Source: Escherichia coli
GTDB taxonomy: Bacteria; Pseudomonadota; Gammaproteobacteria; Enterobacterales; Enterobacteriaceae
NCBI RefSeq assembly: GCF_044324785.1
Contig: NZ_CP172127.1
Reading direction: 5' to 3' (one strand)
Length of the DNA: 64,000 nucleotides
Positions 15,646 to 26,805 of this stretch are shown here, piece after piece. Each line of letters starts with the position of its first letter. Positions within the stretch are counted from its first letter, which is position 1. Under the pieces are notes generated by a model. The model saw nothing but the letters and a program-made list of their open reading frames with translations, searched no databases and was not told the origin of the DNA. Made by a program: the position numbers and the translations under genes.

Positions 15646-16601
15646 TGAGTAAATCACACCCGCGCTGGCGCTTAGCAAAGAAGATCCTCACCTGGCTGTT
15701 TTTTATCGCGGTGATTGTGTTGCTGGTGGTCTACGCCAAAAAGGTGGACTGGGAAGAGGTCTGGAAGGTCATCCGCGACTACAATCGCGTTGCGCTGCTT
15801 AGTGCGGTCGGGCTGGTGGTCGTCAGTTATCTGATTTACGGCTGCTATGACCTGCTCGCCCGCTTTTACTGCGGTCACAAACTGGCGAAGCGCCAGGTGA
15901 TGCTGGTGTCGTTTATCTGCTACGCCTTCAACCTGACGCTCAGTACCTGGGTCGGCGGCATTGGTATGCGCTATCGTTTGTACTCCCGGCTAGGGTTACC
16001 GGGCAGCACCATTACGCGGATTTTCTCGCTGAGTATTACCACCAACTGGCTGGGCTATATTTTACTGGCGGGGATTATCTTTACCGCGGGCGTGGTGGAG
16101 CTGCCGGATCACTGGTATGTCGATCAAACTACACTGCGTATTCTCGGCATTGGCTTATTGATGATTATCGCGGTTTATTTGTGGTTTTGCGCTTTCGCGA
16201 AGCACCGCCATATGACCATCAAAGGGCAAAAACTGGTGCTGCCTTCATGGAAATTTGCCCTCGCCCAGATGCTGATTTCCAGCGTTAACTGGATGGTAAT
16301 GGGAGCGATTATCTGGCTGTTACTCGGTCAAAGCGTAAACTATTTCTTTGTACTGGGTGTGTTGCTGGTTAGTAGCATTGCTGGCGTCATCGTGCATATT
16401 CCGGCGGGAATTGGTGTGCTGGAAGCGGTATTTATCGCGCTACTGGCTGGGGAGCATACCTCCAAAGGCACAATTATCGCCGCCCTGCTCGCTTACCGTG
16501 TGCTGTATTACTTTATCCCACTGCTGCTGGCGCTGATCTGTTACCTGCTACTGGAAAGTCAGGCGAAGAAGCTACGGGCGAAAAATGAAGCGGCGATGTG
16601 A
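15645..16601 (+). CDS. ybhN: Inner membrane protein YbhN (lysylphosphatidylglycerol synthase-like TM region)
   Basis: 318-aa polytopic ORF; start overlaps the clsB stop. Confidence 0.9.
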   Translation: MSKSHPRWRLAKKILTWLFFIAVIVLLVVYAKKVDWEEVWKVIRDYNRVALLSAVGLVVVSYLIYGCYDLLARFYCGHKLAKRQVMLVSFICYAFNLTLSTWVGGIGMRYRLYSRLGLPGSTITRIFSLSITTNWLGYILLAGIIFTAGVVELPDHWYVDQTTLRILGIGLLMIIAVYLWFCAFAKHRHMTIKGQKLVLPSWKFALAQMLISSVNWMVMGAIIWLLLGQSVNYFFVLGVLLVSSIAGVIVHIPAGIGVLEAVFIALLAGEHTSKGTIIAALLAYRVLYYFIPLLLALICYLLLESQAKKLRAKNEAAM

Positions 16602-16636
16602 AGTTTAGTTAAGTTCTTTAGTATGTGCATTTACGA

Positions 16637-17047
16637 CTAATGAAAAAAACGCGTATGCCTTTGCCAGACAAGCGTTATCGCTATTGCTGCAAGAATCCCA
16701 AAGAAGCCGATAAAATAGTAATAGAGTGTTAATGCACCTGTAACAGCGCAACGAACCGGACTCCACAATTCTTCGCTATGGCATTTTCCTGCCAGTTCAA
16801 GGAGCTTATTTCGTCCATGCGAGATAATGCCTGACCATAAAACAATCATTAAGCAACTTATTACCCAAATGGGCCGTTCACTCATTAATGCGGCATTCAC
16901 GATGATCACCAGGGCCAACCCTGTCAACGTCATCATAATGATAAAACGGTGAGAACCAGGATCAACATTAAATAATAAACCGGCCAGCATACTGATTAAA
17001 AACATCGCGCCCGCAGTGCTGAACACAAGGATAATGGCAGATACAGG
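16637..17047 (-). pseudogene. ybhM: ybhM C-terminal fragment (BAX inhibitor-1 family), separated from its 5' half by an IS insertion
   Basis: ORF 16637..17086 encodes the C-terminal portion of a BI-1-like membrane protein; its first ~11 codons read out of the IS end. Confidence 0.7.
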
Positions 17048-17089
17048 AAGTGACTGCTCCCCGTCCTGTCGGGCGAGGCTTCCCACTTC

Positions 17090-18259
17090 TTAAGCCGCAA
17101 CCGTCTGTGTGACGGATTTATGCTGGCCTCCATGGGCAGAAACGACGAGTCCCGCCGCTTGTAATTCCAGTATGCCCTTGCGTTTGATGTTGAGCGCCGC
17201 GTTGATATCGCGGTCATGTTCAACTCCACACTCTGGACACTGCCAGATGCGCTTACGTAATGGCATCTCCGACATTTTGTGACCGCAGCAGTGGCAGGTT
17301 TTCGAACTGGCGAACCATTGATCCAGTTTCACCAGATGCACACCTTTCTCTGCTGCTTTATATTCCAGTTTTGTGATGAATCCAGACCATCCAGCATCGC
17401 CTATCGCACGAGCCAGATGGTGATTTTTCATCATATTTGCCGTTTTCAATTTCTCGACAATTACCGCTTGGTTTTCGTCAACAATTGCGCGAGATAACTT
17501 GTGCTGGAAATCGGCACGGGCACTGGCTACCCGTTCGTGAACGGCTGCAAGTTGTATTCTGGCTTTGCGCCTGTTTGCGCTCCCTTTTTTCTTACGGGAC
17601 AGTGCTTTCTGCTTCCGGCGCAGGTTGCGACTTGCATTGATTAGGTGGCGGGGACTGGCAATTTTATTGCCGTCCGATTTGATGACAAAATGCGCCAGCC
17701 CCATATCCAGCCCTGTCACATTTGATATCAGTGCGGGCTTTGCCGGCGCTTCCATCCCGTCGTCACAGAGTAACGACGCGTAGTATTTCCCGGTTGCGCT
17801 GCGGCTCAACGTGATACTTTTCAGCATTCCCGTAATTTCACGATGTAAACGCGCTTCAATCGGCAAGATTTTCGGTATTTTTATCGCACCATCAAGGACT
17901 TTTATGCCAACACAATGATAGCTCGATTGTCTGCCGTGTTTACTTTTAAAGGTAGGTTTACCTGCTTTCAGTTTCGGATTGAAAAAGTTAGAAAAAGCCA
18001 CGTCGAGGTTAATTACCGCCTGCTGCAACGCAATAGAATCATATTCTTTAAGCCATCCATACCGGCGGGATTTCTTCGCCACTGCAAGCAGTGGTTTGAG
18101 GTCTTTACGCGGGTTTAAATTTACGCGGTGCCGCTGGTAAGAATGTTTCTTGATATGCAGAGCTTTGTTGTACGCAAAACGCACTGCACCGAACTGGGCG
18201 TTGATAAATTCAGCCTGTTCTGGTGTCGGGTAGATGCGTACTTTTGTTGCTCTTAACAT
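17090..18259 (-). CDS. tnpB: TnpB (IS605 OrfB family; RuvC-like RNA-guided endonuclease)
   Basis: 389-aa ORF with RuvC-I (GLDMGL), RuvC-II (VIVEKL), a CxxC...CxxC zinc finger (CHCCGH ... CPECG) and RuvC-III (HDRDINAALNI). Confidence 0.9.
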   Translation of the reverse strand: MLRATKVRIYPTPEQAEFINAQFGAVRFAYNKALHIKKHSYQRHRVNLNPRKDLKPLLAVAKKSRRYGWLKEYDSIALQQAVINLDVAFSNFFNPKLKAGKPTFKSKHGRQSSYHCVGIKVLDGAIKIPKILPIEARLHREITGMLKSITLSRSATGKYYASLLCDDGMEAPAKPALISNVTGLDMGLAHFVIKSDGNKIASPRHLINASRNLRRKQKALSRKKKGSANRRKARIQLAAVHERVASARADFQHKLSRAIVDENQAVIVEKLKTANMMKNHHLARAIGDAGWSGFITKLEYKAAEKGVHLVKLDQWFASSKTCHCCGHKMSEMPLRKRIWQCPECGVEHDRDINAALNIKRKGILELQAAGLVVSAHGGQHKSVTQTVAA

Positions 18260-18315
18260 AATCAGCGCTCATTGATATAATGCTTTTATTTTAACACTTT
18301 AGGTGAATATATCAA

Positions 18316-18741
18316 TTGAGTAATCATGATGATTTACTGGCGGGATTTCTCCGCAAACGACACAGTGTCAGTAAGCTGGTTGTGCACCTTATTTTTACGA
18401 CAAAGTATCGACGCAAACTATTCGACAGTCAGATGATCGCTCAGTTGCGTGAGGCTTTTGGCTCCGCTGCGGCAAAGCTTGAATGCGAAATTATTGAGAT
18501 GGACGGGGAGCCAGACCATGTACACCTGCTGGTGGCCTACCCGCCAAAACTGGCGGTCAGTGTGATGGTCAATAATTTAAAATCGGTATCATCACGTTTG
18601 CTACGCCAGCAGAACGCGCATTTACGTATGCAGAGTAAAACGGGGCTTTTGTGGTCGAGATCGTACTTTGTCTGTAGCACCGGAGGGGCAACGATTGAAA
18701 CGCTCAGAGCCTACGTTCAGAGTCAGTCAACACCTGATTGA
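18316..18741 (+). CDS. tnpA: IS200/IS605-family Y1 transposase TnpA
   Basis: 141-aa ORF with an HUH motif (HVHLLV) and a catalytic-Tyr region (SRSYFVCSTGG); divergent from tnpB. Confidence 0.9.
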   Translation: MSNHDDLLAGFLRKRHSVSKLVVHLIFTTKYRRKLFDSQMIAQLREAFGSAAAKLECEIIEMDGEPDHVHLLVAYPPKLAVSVMVNNLKSVSSRLLRQQNAHLRMQSKTGLLWSRSYFVCSTGGATIETLRAYVQSQSTPD

Positions 18742-18813
18742 TCTTTAAAGCCCTGCGGGCTTTTCGCCTTATATCCCCGCCCGCATTGGGCGAGGGTTTA
18801 CGGCGTTTTTCGC

Positions 18814-19113
18814 TAAACTTGCAACGACAATCGCCACCAAAGAGAGTAAAAACAGATATATTACGCCTGCGATGGCGGCATTTATCTTGTTGATATCCTT
18901 ACTTAAGCCATACATACAAAGTAATAATAACCCTATGGCGACATACATTGGTGGTGAATCATATTTGGTTGCCGTAATTTCGAGATACTTAGCTCCCCAG
19001 GCCAGTCCTGCGGTTGCCACCAAACCTAAAGCGGTAATGAGCCATATACCGTTTAATATCCTGGCCTCGTGCTGAAAATCTAATTTATTGCTGTTTTGCG
19101 AGTATGATTCCAT
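18814..19113 (-). pseudogene. ybhM: ybhM N-terminal fragment (BAX inhibitor-1 family), truncated by the IS insertion
   Basis: ORF 18769..19140; BI-1-like N-terminus from MESYSQNSNK to ...VVASL, then 14 IS-derived codons and a stop. Confidence 0.7.
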
Positions 19114-19274
19114 TCTTTTAGTTGTCCTTAGAAAAAACATTAATATTTACCATCAATAAATTTAAAGCCACGCATACAAAATACTTTTTTATTTATGGAT
19201 ACGGAAAACGCTTCCGCTCGCTCATAAGGCATATTTTATACCTGGTACTTGTTAAGTGTCGTTTTTTCGTAAGA

Positions 19275-19300
19275 AAAAATCCCGACACATGGCCGGGATA
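19275..19300 (-). terminator. Rho-independent terminator downstream of ybhL
   Basis: Minus strand reads atcccggccatgtgtcgggatttttt. Confidence 0.5.
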
Positions 19301-19318
19301 TTGATGGTGAAAAAAGAA

Positions 19319-20023
19319 TTAACGGCGGTTGCCGAAGATCCGCAGCAACATCAGGAACAGGTTGATGAAGTCCAGATACAAGGTTAACGCGCCAAGAATG
19401 GAATATTTGCGCAGGTTCGACGTGTCGCGGGTATCAATCTGCTCACCCATATTTTTCAGTTTCTGCGTGTCATACGCCGTCAATCCGACAAAGACAATCA
19501 CGCCGATGTAGGTGACTGCCCACATCAATGCTTCGCTTTTCAGCCAGAAGTTGACCAACGATGCCAGCACAATGCCGATTAACGCCATAAACAGCATATT
19601 GCCAAAGCCGCTTAGATCGCGCTTCGTGGTGTAACCGTACAGGCTCATTGCGCCAAACATCCCGGCAGTAACGACGAAAGTACTGGCGATAGAAGCAGCG
19701 GTATAGACAATGAAAATACTGGAAAGCGTAAGACCCGTCAGCGCCGAATAAAGCATAAAGAGCATCGTCGTCACACCTGCGCTCAGCTTTTGAATCATCG
19801 CTGATAACACAATAACCAATGCTAATTGCGCGATGATCAGACCGATTAAAAAGACACGGTTAGTGAACAACAGCTCCATCACGGCCGCGGAATTAGCCGC
19901 ATACCAGGCAACAAATGCGGTCAGCAACAAGCCAACGGTCATCCAGCCATAGACTTGCGCCATATAAGTTTGCAAGCCAGCCCGGGGTTGTACAATTGAA
20001 TCAGAACGTGGGAATCTGTCCAT
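19319..20023 (-). CDS. ybhL: BAX inhibitor-1 family inner membrane protein YbhL
   Basis: ORF 19319..20104; start trimmed to MDRFPRSD (about 234 aa). Confidence 0.85.
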   Translation of the reverse strand: MDRFPRSDSIVQPRAGLQTYMAQVYGWMTVGLLLTAFVAWYAANSAAVMELLFTNRVFLIGLIIAQLALVIVLSAMIQKLSAGVTTMLFMLYSALTGLTLSSIFIVYTAASIASTFVVTAGMFGAMSLYGYTTKRDLSGFGNMLFMALIGIVLASLVNFWLKSEALMWAVTYIGVIVFVGLTAYDTQKLKNMGEQIDTRDTSNLRKYSILGALTLYLDFINLFLMLLRIFGNRR

Positions 20024-20119
20024 GATGATCTCCTGAAGATATAAGGAATATCTTAAGGATACTGCAAAATGATGAGGCTGTGCATCGACGCAGCGTAAAC
20101 GCATGTACTGAGCGGTGAA

Positions 20120-20150
20120 ATTGCCGGACGCAGCGGTGCCTTATCCGGCT
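20120..20150. repeat. REP-like palindromic unit
   Basis: gccggacgcagcggtgccttatccggc resembles the E. coli REP consensus; lies between ybhL and moaE. Confidence 0.4.
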
Positions 20151-20159
20151 AACAAAAAA

Positions 20160-20612
20160 CTACCAGCGTTTTGCCGCCTGCTGATCGCTCTCCCGAGCTT
20201 CAACCCAGCGGTCGCCTTCCGGCGTGGCTTCACGCTTCCAGAACGGTGCGCGGGTTTTGAGATAATCCATAATAAACTGCCCGGCTTCAAACGCACTGCT
20301 GCGATGCGCACTGGTGACACCGACAAAAACGATTTCATCTCCCGGCCATAATTCCCCGATGCGGTGAATCACCGTGACGCGCCCCAGCGGCCAGCGGTTA
20401 CGCGCTTCATCGACAATTTCTGCCAGTGCTTTTTCAGTCATCCCCGGATAGTGTTCGAGGGTTAATGCTTTGACGCTGTCGCCAAGGTTATGGTTGCGCA
20501 CCTTACCGGTAAAGGTGACTACCGCACCGTCTTCATCACGCTCCGCCAGCCACGGATACTCTTCTCCTACGCTGAATGGCTGCGGGCCGACAACAATTTT
20601 GGTTTCTGCCAT
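20160..20612 (-). CDS. moaE: Molybdopterin synthase catalytic subunit MoaE
   Basis: 150-aa ORF, last gene of moaABCDE. Confidence 0.95.
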   Translation of the reverse strand: MAETKIVVGPQPFSVGEEYPWLAERDEDGAVVTFTGKVRNHNLGDSVKALTLEHYPGMTEKALAEIVDEARNRWPLGRVTVIHRIGELWPGDEIVFVGVTSAHRSSAFEAGQFIMDYLKTRAPFWKREATPEGDRWVEARESDQQAAKRW

Positions 20613-20613
20613 C

Positions 20614-20859
20614 TTAACCTCCGGTTACCGGCGGGAAGAAAGCCACTTCGTCGCCGTCAGTCAGCGGATGGTCAAAACTCACCAGCGTCTGGTTGACGGC
20701 AGCCAGCAATTTGCCATCTTCCAGCGCCAGCGCCCAGCGATCGCTCTGCGCAGCCAGATGTTGGCGTAACGCTTCAACGGTTGGGAAATCCGCAGCCACT
20801 TCGGTTGCATCTGTTCCCACCAACTCGCGCACCTGGGCGAAAAAAAGAACTTTAATCAT
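20614..20859 (-). CDS. moaD: Molybdopterin synthase sulfur-carrier subunit MoaD
   Basis: ORF 20614..20922 trimmed to MIKVLFFAQ... (81 aa) ending in the conserved GG. Confidence 0.9.
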
Positions 20860-21337
20860 CCGCTTCCACCTTAAAGTCACCCGACTTGCCGCCGCTCTTT
20901 GCCAGCAAACGTACCGGACCAATCACCATATCTTTTTGCACCGCTTTGCACATGTCATAAATGGTCAGCGCCGCCACGGAGGCCGCGGTTAATGCTTCCA
21001 TTTCGACACCGGTTTTCCCGGTCAGGCGGCATAAGGTTTCTATACGTACCCGATTGTGCTCCGGCTCGGCCTGTAAATTGACTTCAACTTTGCTGAGCAT
21101 CAGCGGGTGACAGAGCGGGATCAGATCCCAGGTGCGTTTTGCCGCCTGAATACCGGCAATACGCGCAGTGGCAAATACGTCGCCTTTGTGGTGGCGACCA
21201 TCAATAATCATCGCCAGCGTCTCGCTGCGCATGGTGACAAAGGCTTCGGCGCGCGCTTCACGCACGGTTTCCGCTTTGGCGGAGACATCCACCATGTGCG
21301 CTTCGCCAGCGGCGTTGATATGGGTCAGTTGCGACAT
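20852..21337 (-). CDS. moaC: Cyclic pyranopterin monophosphate synthase MoaC
   Basis: 161-aa ORF; synteny. Confidence 0.95.
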
Positions 21338-21339
21338 AC

Positions 21340-21852
21340 TTATTTCTTCAAATGTGGATGGAAATTACACGGACGCGTACGGGCATCCAGCTGCGGCGCG
21401 ATGATATTTTCCCATGCGGTACGGCACGCTTTGGTCGAACCCGGCATGGCGAAAATCAGCGTTTTGTTAGCGACGCCCGCTACCGCACGAGATTGCAACG
21501 TGGAAGTGCCAATCTCTTCAAACGACAACATACGGAACACTTCACCAAAACCTTCAACTTCACGGTCGAACAACGGCAGCAATGCTTCGGGAGCCTGATC
21601 ACCTTCCGTCAGGCCAGTCCCCCCCGTAATCAACACCACTTGTACATCGTCGCTGGCGATCCACGCAGATACCTGAGCGCGAATAGCGTAGCGGTTTTCT
21701 TTCACAATGGCTTTATCGACAACGTGATGGCCCGCTTCTTGCGCCGAATCGCGCAGATAGTGACCGGAGGTATCGTCTTCTTCACCGCGACGATTAGAAA
21801 CCGTAAGAATAGCAATACGGGTCGGGATAAATTCAGTGCTTACCTGACTCAT
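21340..21852 (-). CDS. moaB: Molybdenum cofactor biosynthesis protein MoaB
   Basis: 170-aa ORF; synteny. Confidence 0.95.
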
Positions 21853-21873
21853 CTGATCTCTCCTTTTGACGTT

Positions 21874-22863
21874 TTAGCCGCCAATGTACGATAAGTTTTG
21901 CGTAATACCGGTGTTGTTTTGATGCAGGAAATGGGTCTGTTTCTTCTCCCGCAGCGCCGCTGAAATACGCGCTTCCAGCGCCTGTTGCTGGGTATCGTCT
22001 TCCAGCAGATCGCGCAGGTTAACGCCGCCTTCACCAAACAGGCAGAGATGGAGTTTACCAGTGGAGGAAACGCGCAGGCGGTTGCAAGTGGCGCAGAAGT
22101 CTTTTTCATACGGCATGATAAGGCCAATCTCTCCGGCGTAATCCGGATGACAAAAGACTTGCGCGGGACCGTCGCTGCGTTGACGTAATTGGTGGATCCA
22201 GCCGCGACGCAGTAGCTCGTCACGCAGAACCTGACCAGAGATGTGATGCTTACGGAAGAGCTCGCTGCCCTCGCCCGTTTCCATCAATTCGATGAAACGC
22301 AGCTGGATAGGGCGATGCTGGATCCAGTTCAGAAAGGTGTCGAGCTGATGATGATTAACATCACGCATCAGCACGGTATTGACTTTGACCTTCTCAAAAC
22401 CGGCCTCAAATGCAGCATCGATCCCTGCCATGACCTGGTTGAATTTATCCTGCCCGGTAATGGCATGAAACTGGCGAGCGTCAAGGCTATCAACGCTGAC
22501 GTTGATGCCAGTAAGTCCCGCATCGCGCCAGTTCGCCACATCGCGTTCCAGACGGTAACCATTGGTGGTGACCGCAATCTGGCGGATAGCGTCGTTTTCC
22601 CGCACAGCGACGATGATATCGGTAAAGTCGCGGCGTAAAGACGGCTCACCGCCTGTCAGGCGCACTTTTTCGGTGCCCAGACTGGCAAAGGCGCGCGTAA
22701 CCCGGCGAATTTCATCGACGGTAAGAAAGCCTTTATTGGTGACGCCGCTCGGTTTGTAGCCATCCGGCAGGCAGTAGGTGCAACGAAAGTTACACACATC
22801 AGTAATCGACAGGCGCAAGTAGTAAAACTTACGCGCAAATGCATCAGTCAGTTGTGAAGCCAT
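21874..22863 (-). CDS. moaA: GTP 3',8-cyclase MoaA (radical SAM)
   Basis: ORF 21874..22944 trimmed to MASQLTDAF... (329 aa); CxxxCxxC motif (CNFRCTYC). Confidence 0.95.
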   Translation of the reverse strand: MASQLTDAFARKFYYLRLSITDVCNFRCTYCLPDGYKPSGVTNKGFLTVDEIRRVTRAFASLGTEKVRLTGGEPSLRRDFTDIIVAVRENDAIRQIAVTTNGYRLERDVANWRDAGLTGINVSVDSLDARQFHAITGQDKFNQVMAGIDAAFEAGFEKVKVNTVLMRDVNHHQLDTFLNWIQHRPIQLRFIELMETGEGSELFRKHHISGQVLRDELLRRGWIHQLRQRSDGPAQVFCHPDYAGEIGLIMPYEKDFCATCNRLRVSSTGKLHLCLFGEGGVNLRDLLEDDTQQQALEARISAALREKKQTHFLHQNNTGITQNLSYIGG

Positions 22864-22865
22864 GT

Positions 22866-23000
22866 ACACCTTTCCAGATACGGGAGGCGAAGTCATTTCT
22901 TCCTTCGCCCTGGTGGCAATCTTTACGAGCATTGTCACGGCCAAAGCACCGTATCAGTTGACCCAGGTGCAGAGGCTAGAGTGTTTAGTGGTTAAGCCGA
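22866..23000 (-). ncRNA. Moco (molybdenum cofactor) riboswitch candidate in the moaA 5' leader
   Basis: Position immediately upstream of moaA; leader contains GCCUCCC and GGAAAGG elements next to the start codon. The fold was not checked. Confidence 0.45.
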
Positions 23001-23199
23001 TACTAGCGTGTAAATGAGATTTTTACCATCCACACTTTCGCTATGTAATCATGTATATAGCGTCATGATCGTGCTATTTCGCTACAGAATAAGGGAAAAT
23101 GGCGGTTTTACTTTGATATACATCATCAGGAAGGCATAGCGTACATCGTCCTTTAGAGGTAGAAGAAAATAGTTTGTATCCTCAATATTGGCAGGTTAA

Positions 23200-24168
<969 letters not shown>

Positions 24169-24205
24169 CACGAAGCCGGAAGAATATTCCGGCTTCGTCA
24201 TCTTG

Positions 24206-26227
24206 TCACGACGCGGCAATAAACAACTCACGCAGCTGATGCAACTGGTCACGAATTTGCGCCGCTTCTTCGAACTCCAGATTTTGCGCGTGTTGCATCA
24301 TCAGCCCTTCCAGTTCATGGATTTTCTGCTGCAACGCTTTCGGCGACATATCCATCGGCACATTATCCGGCTCAACAATCGGTCGCGCTTTTCCTCTGCC
24401 CTTCGCTTTGGTTTTGGCAATGTTCTGCCCCAGCGCCAGGATATCGACCACTTTCTTGTTCAAGCCCTGCGGCGTAATACCGTGTTCCTCGTTGTACTTC
24501 TGCTGTTTCTCGCGGCGACGTTCGGTTTCGCCAATCGCTTTCGCCATTGACGGGGTGATCTTATCGCCGTAGAGAATCGCTTTACCGTTAACGTTACGCG
24601 CCGCACGACCAATAGTCTGGATCAACGAACGTTCAGAACGCAGGAAGCCTTCTTTGTCGGCGTCGAGGATCGCCACCAGCGAAACCTCCGGCATATCCAG
24701 ACCTTCGCGCAGTAAGTTGATCCCCACCAGCACGTCGAACTCGCCCAGACGCAAGTCGCGGATAATCTCCATACGTTCGACGGTGTCGATATCTGAGTGA
24801 AGATAACGCACGCGCTCGCCGTGTTCTTCGAGATATTCCGTGAGATCTTCCGCCATTCGCTTGGTCAGTGTGGTGACCAGCACGCGTTCGTTAATTGCCG
24901 CTCGCTGACGAATCTCCGATAGAAGATCATCGACCTGTGTCGCCACTGGCCGCACTTCGATAATCGGATCAAGCAATCCGGTTGGACGCACCACCTGATC
25001 CACCACATCGCCGCCGGATTTTTCCAGCTCGTAATTACCCGGCGTCGCCGAAACATAGATGGTTTGCGGCGCTAATGCTTCGAACTCTTCAAATTTCAGC
25101 GGACGGTTATCCAGCGCTGATGGCAGGCGGAAGCCATACTCCACCAGCGTCTCTTTACGCGCCCGGTCACCGCGATACATGCCGCCAATTTGCGGAATGG
25201 TAACGTGAGATTCATCGACCACCAGCAGCCCATCGGCAGGCAGGTAATCAAACAGCGTCGGCGGTGGCTCACCCGGTCCACGACCGGAGAGGAAGCGCGA
25301 GTAGTTCTCAATCCCGGAACAGTAGCCCAGCTCGTTCATCATCTCCAGATCAAACTGGGTACGCTGGGTCAGCCGCTGCTCTTCAAGCAACTTGTTGTTC
25401 TCCAACAGCACTTTGCGTCTGGCGGCCAGTTCTTCTTTGATCTCTTCCATCGCCTGTACGATGCGCTCGCGCGGCGTGACGTAGTGCGTTTTCGGGTAGA
25501 TGGTAAAACGTGGAATAGTGGAAACAATCTGCCCGGTGAGCGGGTCAAATAACGACAATCGTTCCACTTCCTCGTCAAACAGCTCCACGCGAAGTGCAAT
25601 GTCATCCGATTCTGCCGGGAAGATATCAATCACCTCACCACGAACGCGGAAAGTACCACGCTGGAATGCCTGATCATTACGAGCGTATTGCAGCTCCGCC
25701 AGTCGGCGCAGGATCGCGCGCTGATCGATAATCATGCCGACCGTGAGATGGAGCATCATCTTGAGATATAAATCAGGATCGCCCAGACCATAAATCGCGG
25801 AAACAGACGCCACCACAACCACATCACGCCGCTCCAGCATCGCTTTGGTAGCGGACAAACGCATCTGCTCAATATGTTCGTTTACCGAGGCATCTTTCTC
25901 AATGAAGGTGTCGGAACTCGGTACATAGGCTTCCGGCTGATAGTAGTCGTAGTAGGAGACGAAATACTCCACCGCGTTTTCCGGGAAGAACTCTTTCATT
26001 TCGCCATACAGCTGGGCCGCCAGCGTTTTGTTGGGCGCAAGTACCATGGTAGGGCGCTGAAGGTCAGCAATGACATTGGCAATGGTGAAGGTTTTCCCGG
26101 AGCCAGTCACGCCAAGTAACGTCTGGTGCGCCAGGCCATCTTCCAGCCCCTCTTCGAGACGTCGAATCGCCTCTGGCTGATCGCCAGAAGGTTTAAAAGC
26201 GGAATTCAGTTTGAACGGTTTACTCAT
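24206..26227 (-). CDS. uvrB: Excinuclease ABC subunit B
   Basis: 673-aa ORF with Walker A (GVTGSGKT) and a DESH box. Confidence 0.95.
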   Translation of the reverse strand: MSKPFKLNSAFKPSGDQPEAIRRLEEGLEDGLAHQTLLGVTGSGKTFTIANVIADLQRPTMVLAPNKTLAAQLYGEMKEFFPENAVEYFVSYYDYYQPEAYVPSSDTFIEKDASVNEHIEQMRLSATKAMLERRDVVVVASVSAIYGLGDPDLYLKMMLHLTVGMIIDQRAILRRLAELQYARNDQAFQRGTFRVRGEVIDIFPAESDDIALRVELFDEEVERLSLFDPLTGQIVSTIPRFTIYPKTHYVTPRERIVQAMEEIKEELAARRKVLLENNKLLEEQRLTQRTQFDLEMMNELGYCSGIENYSRFLSGRGPGEPPPTLFDYLPADGLLVVDESHVTIPQIGGMYRGDRARKETLVEYGFRLPSALDNRPLKFEEFEALAPQTIYVSATPGNYELEKSGGDVVDQVVRPTGLLDPIIEVRPVATQVDDLLSEIRQRAAINERVLVTTLTKRMAEDLTEYLEEHGERVRYLHSDIDTVERMEIIRDLRLGEFDVLVGINLLREGLDMPEVSLVAILDADKEGFLRSERSLIQTIGRAARNVNGKAILYGDKITPSMAKAIGETERRREKQQKYNEEHGITPQGLNKKVVDILALGQNIAKTKAKGRGKARPIVEPDNVPMDMSPKALQQKIHELEGLMMQHAQNLEFEEAAQIRDQLHQLRELFIAAS

Positions 26228-26292
26228 GAGTCGCTACCTGAAGGAGTTGGGCGGGCAGGTATGTAATTTTACTCGTCGTACTTAATTATGCC

Positions 26293-26310
26293 AACAAATT
26301 ATACTGGATA
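26293..26310 (-). promoter_or_regulatory. uvrB SOS (LexA) box
   Basis: Minus strand reads aactgtttttttatccagtataat, a CTGT-N8-CAGT box, about 70 bp upstream of uvrB. Confidence 0.7.
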
Positions 26311-26742
26311 AAAAAACAGTTCCTCACCATAATATTTCTGTTACAGCGTAAACTCCGCTGTCAATCATGAGCAAAATTTACTCTGTGGCGAGATAAAACT
26401 CCGGCCTTACCGGGTTATCCCCAAAGCAACGGCTTTTTTAACATTTGTCAAGATGAGTGATGACAGTTTTATGGCAAGAGATGCCTCTTCAGTGACTGCC
26501 ATTGCAATTATCTAACCAGTTAAAAAATAAAAGATATTTCTTTAAGCCGTCTTTAACGCCAATTCGCGTGCAAGCCGCGTATTCTCTCGCTTGCCTCGTG
26601 TTTTCTAACTCTAATACACATGGTTATCCACAGGAATAGTGGATAACTGTCTGCAGCCCCTATCCCCCGCCGCCTGGGCAATTCCCACATTCATCGCATG
26701 ATGCGGAAGTAAAATTTTTTTCGTGATTATTTTAGAATTTAA

Positions 26743-26794
26743 TTGGTTAAATTGCAGTCAACCGAAGACGCGATCTCGCTCGCAATTTAACCAA
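26743..26794. repeat. Perfect 13-bp inverted repeat (ttggttaaattgc / gcaatttaaccaa) with a 26-nt spacer, downstream of bioD
   Basis: Read directly from the sequence; function unknown. Confidence 0.5.
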
Positions 26795-26805
26795 ATACAG
26801 GATGG

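Larger units (their letters stand above)
17048..18813 (-). mobile_element. IS200/IS605-family insertion sequence (IS605 group, divergent tnpA and tnpB); ends approximate
   Basis: Carries tnpB (17090..18259) and tnpA (18316..18741) with subterminal hairpins at both ends (18746..18762, 18778..18792, 17058..17075) and splits ybhM. The estimated length is compatible with the ybhM reading frame. Confidence 0.75.

Noticed and set aside
16637-17086. Possibility that the 149-aa ORF is an intact small membrane protein gene
   Set aside because: Its N-terminal 11 codons derive from the IS end and the rest is the C-terminal part of a BI-1 family protein whose N-terminal part lies beyond the IS at 18814..19113; it is a gene fragment.
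17279-18118. Several 60 to 72-aa plus-strand ORFs inside the IS element
   Set aside because: All lie antisense within tnpB with no independent signals; the element has no room for cargo between tnpA and tnpB.
20115-20351. 78-aa plus-strand ORF
   Set aside because: Starts inside a REP element and runs antisense into moaE.
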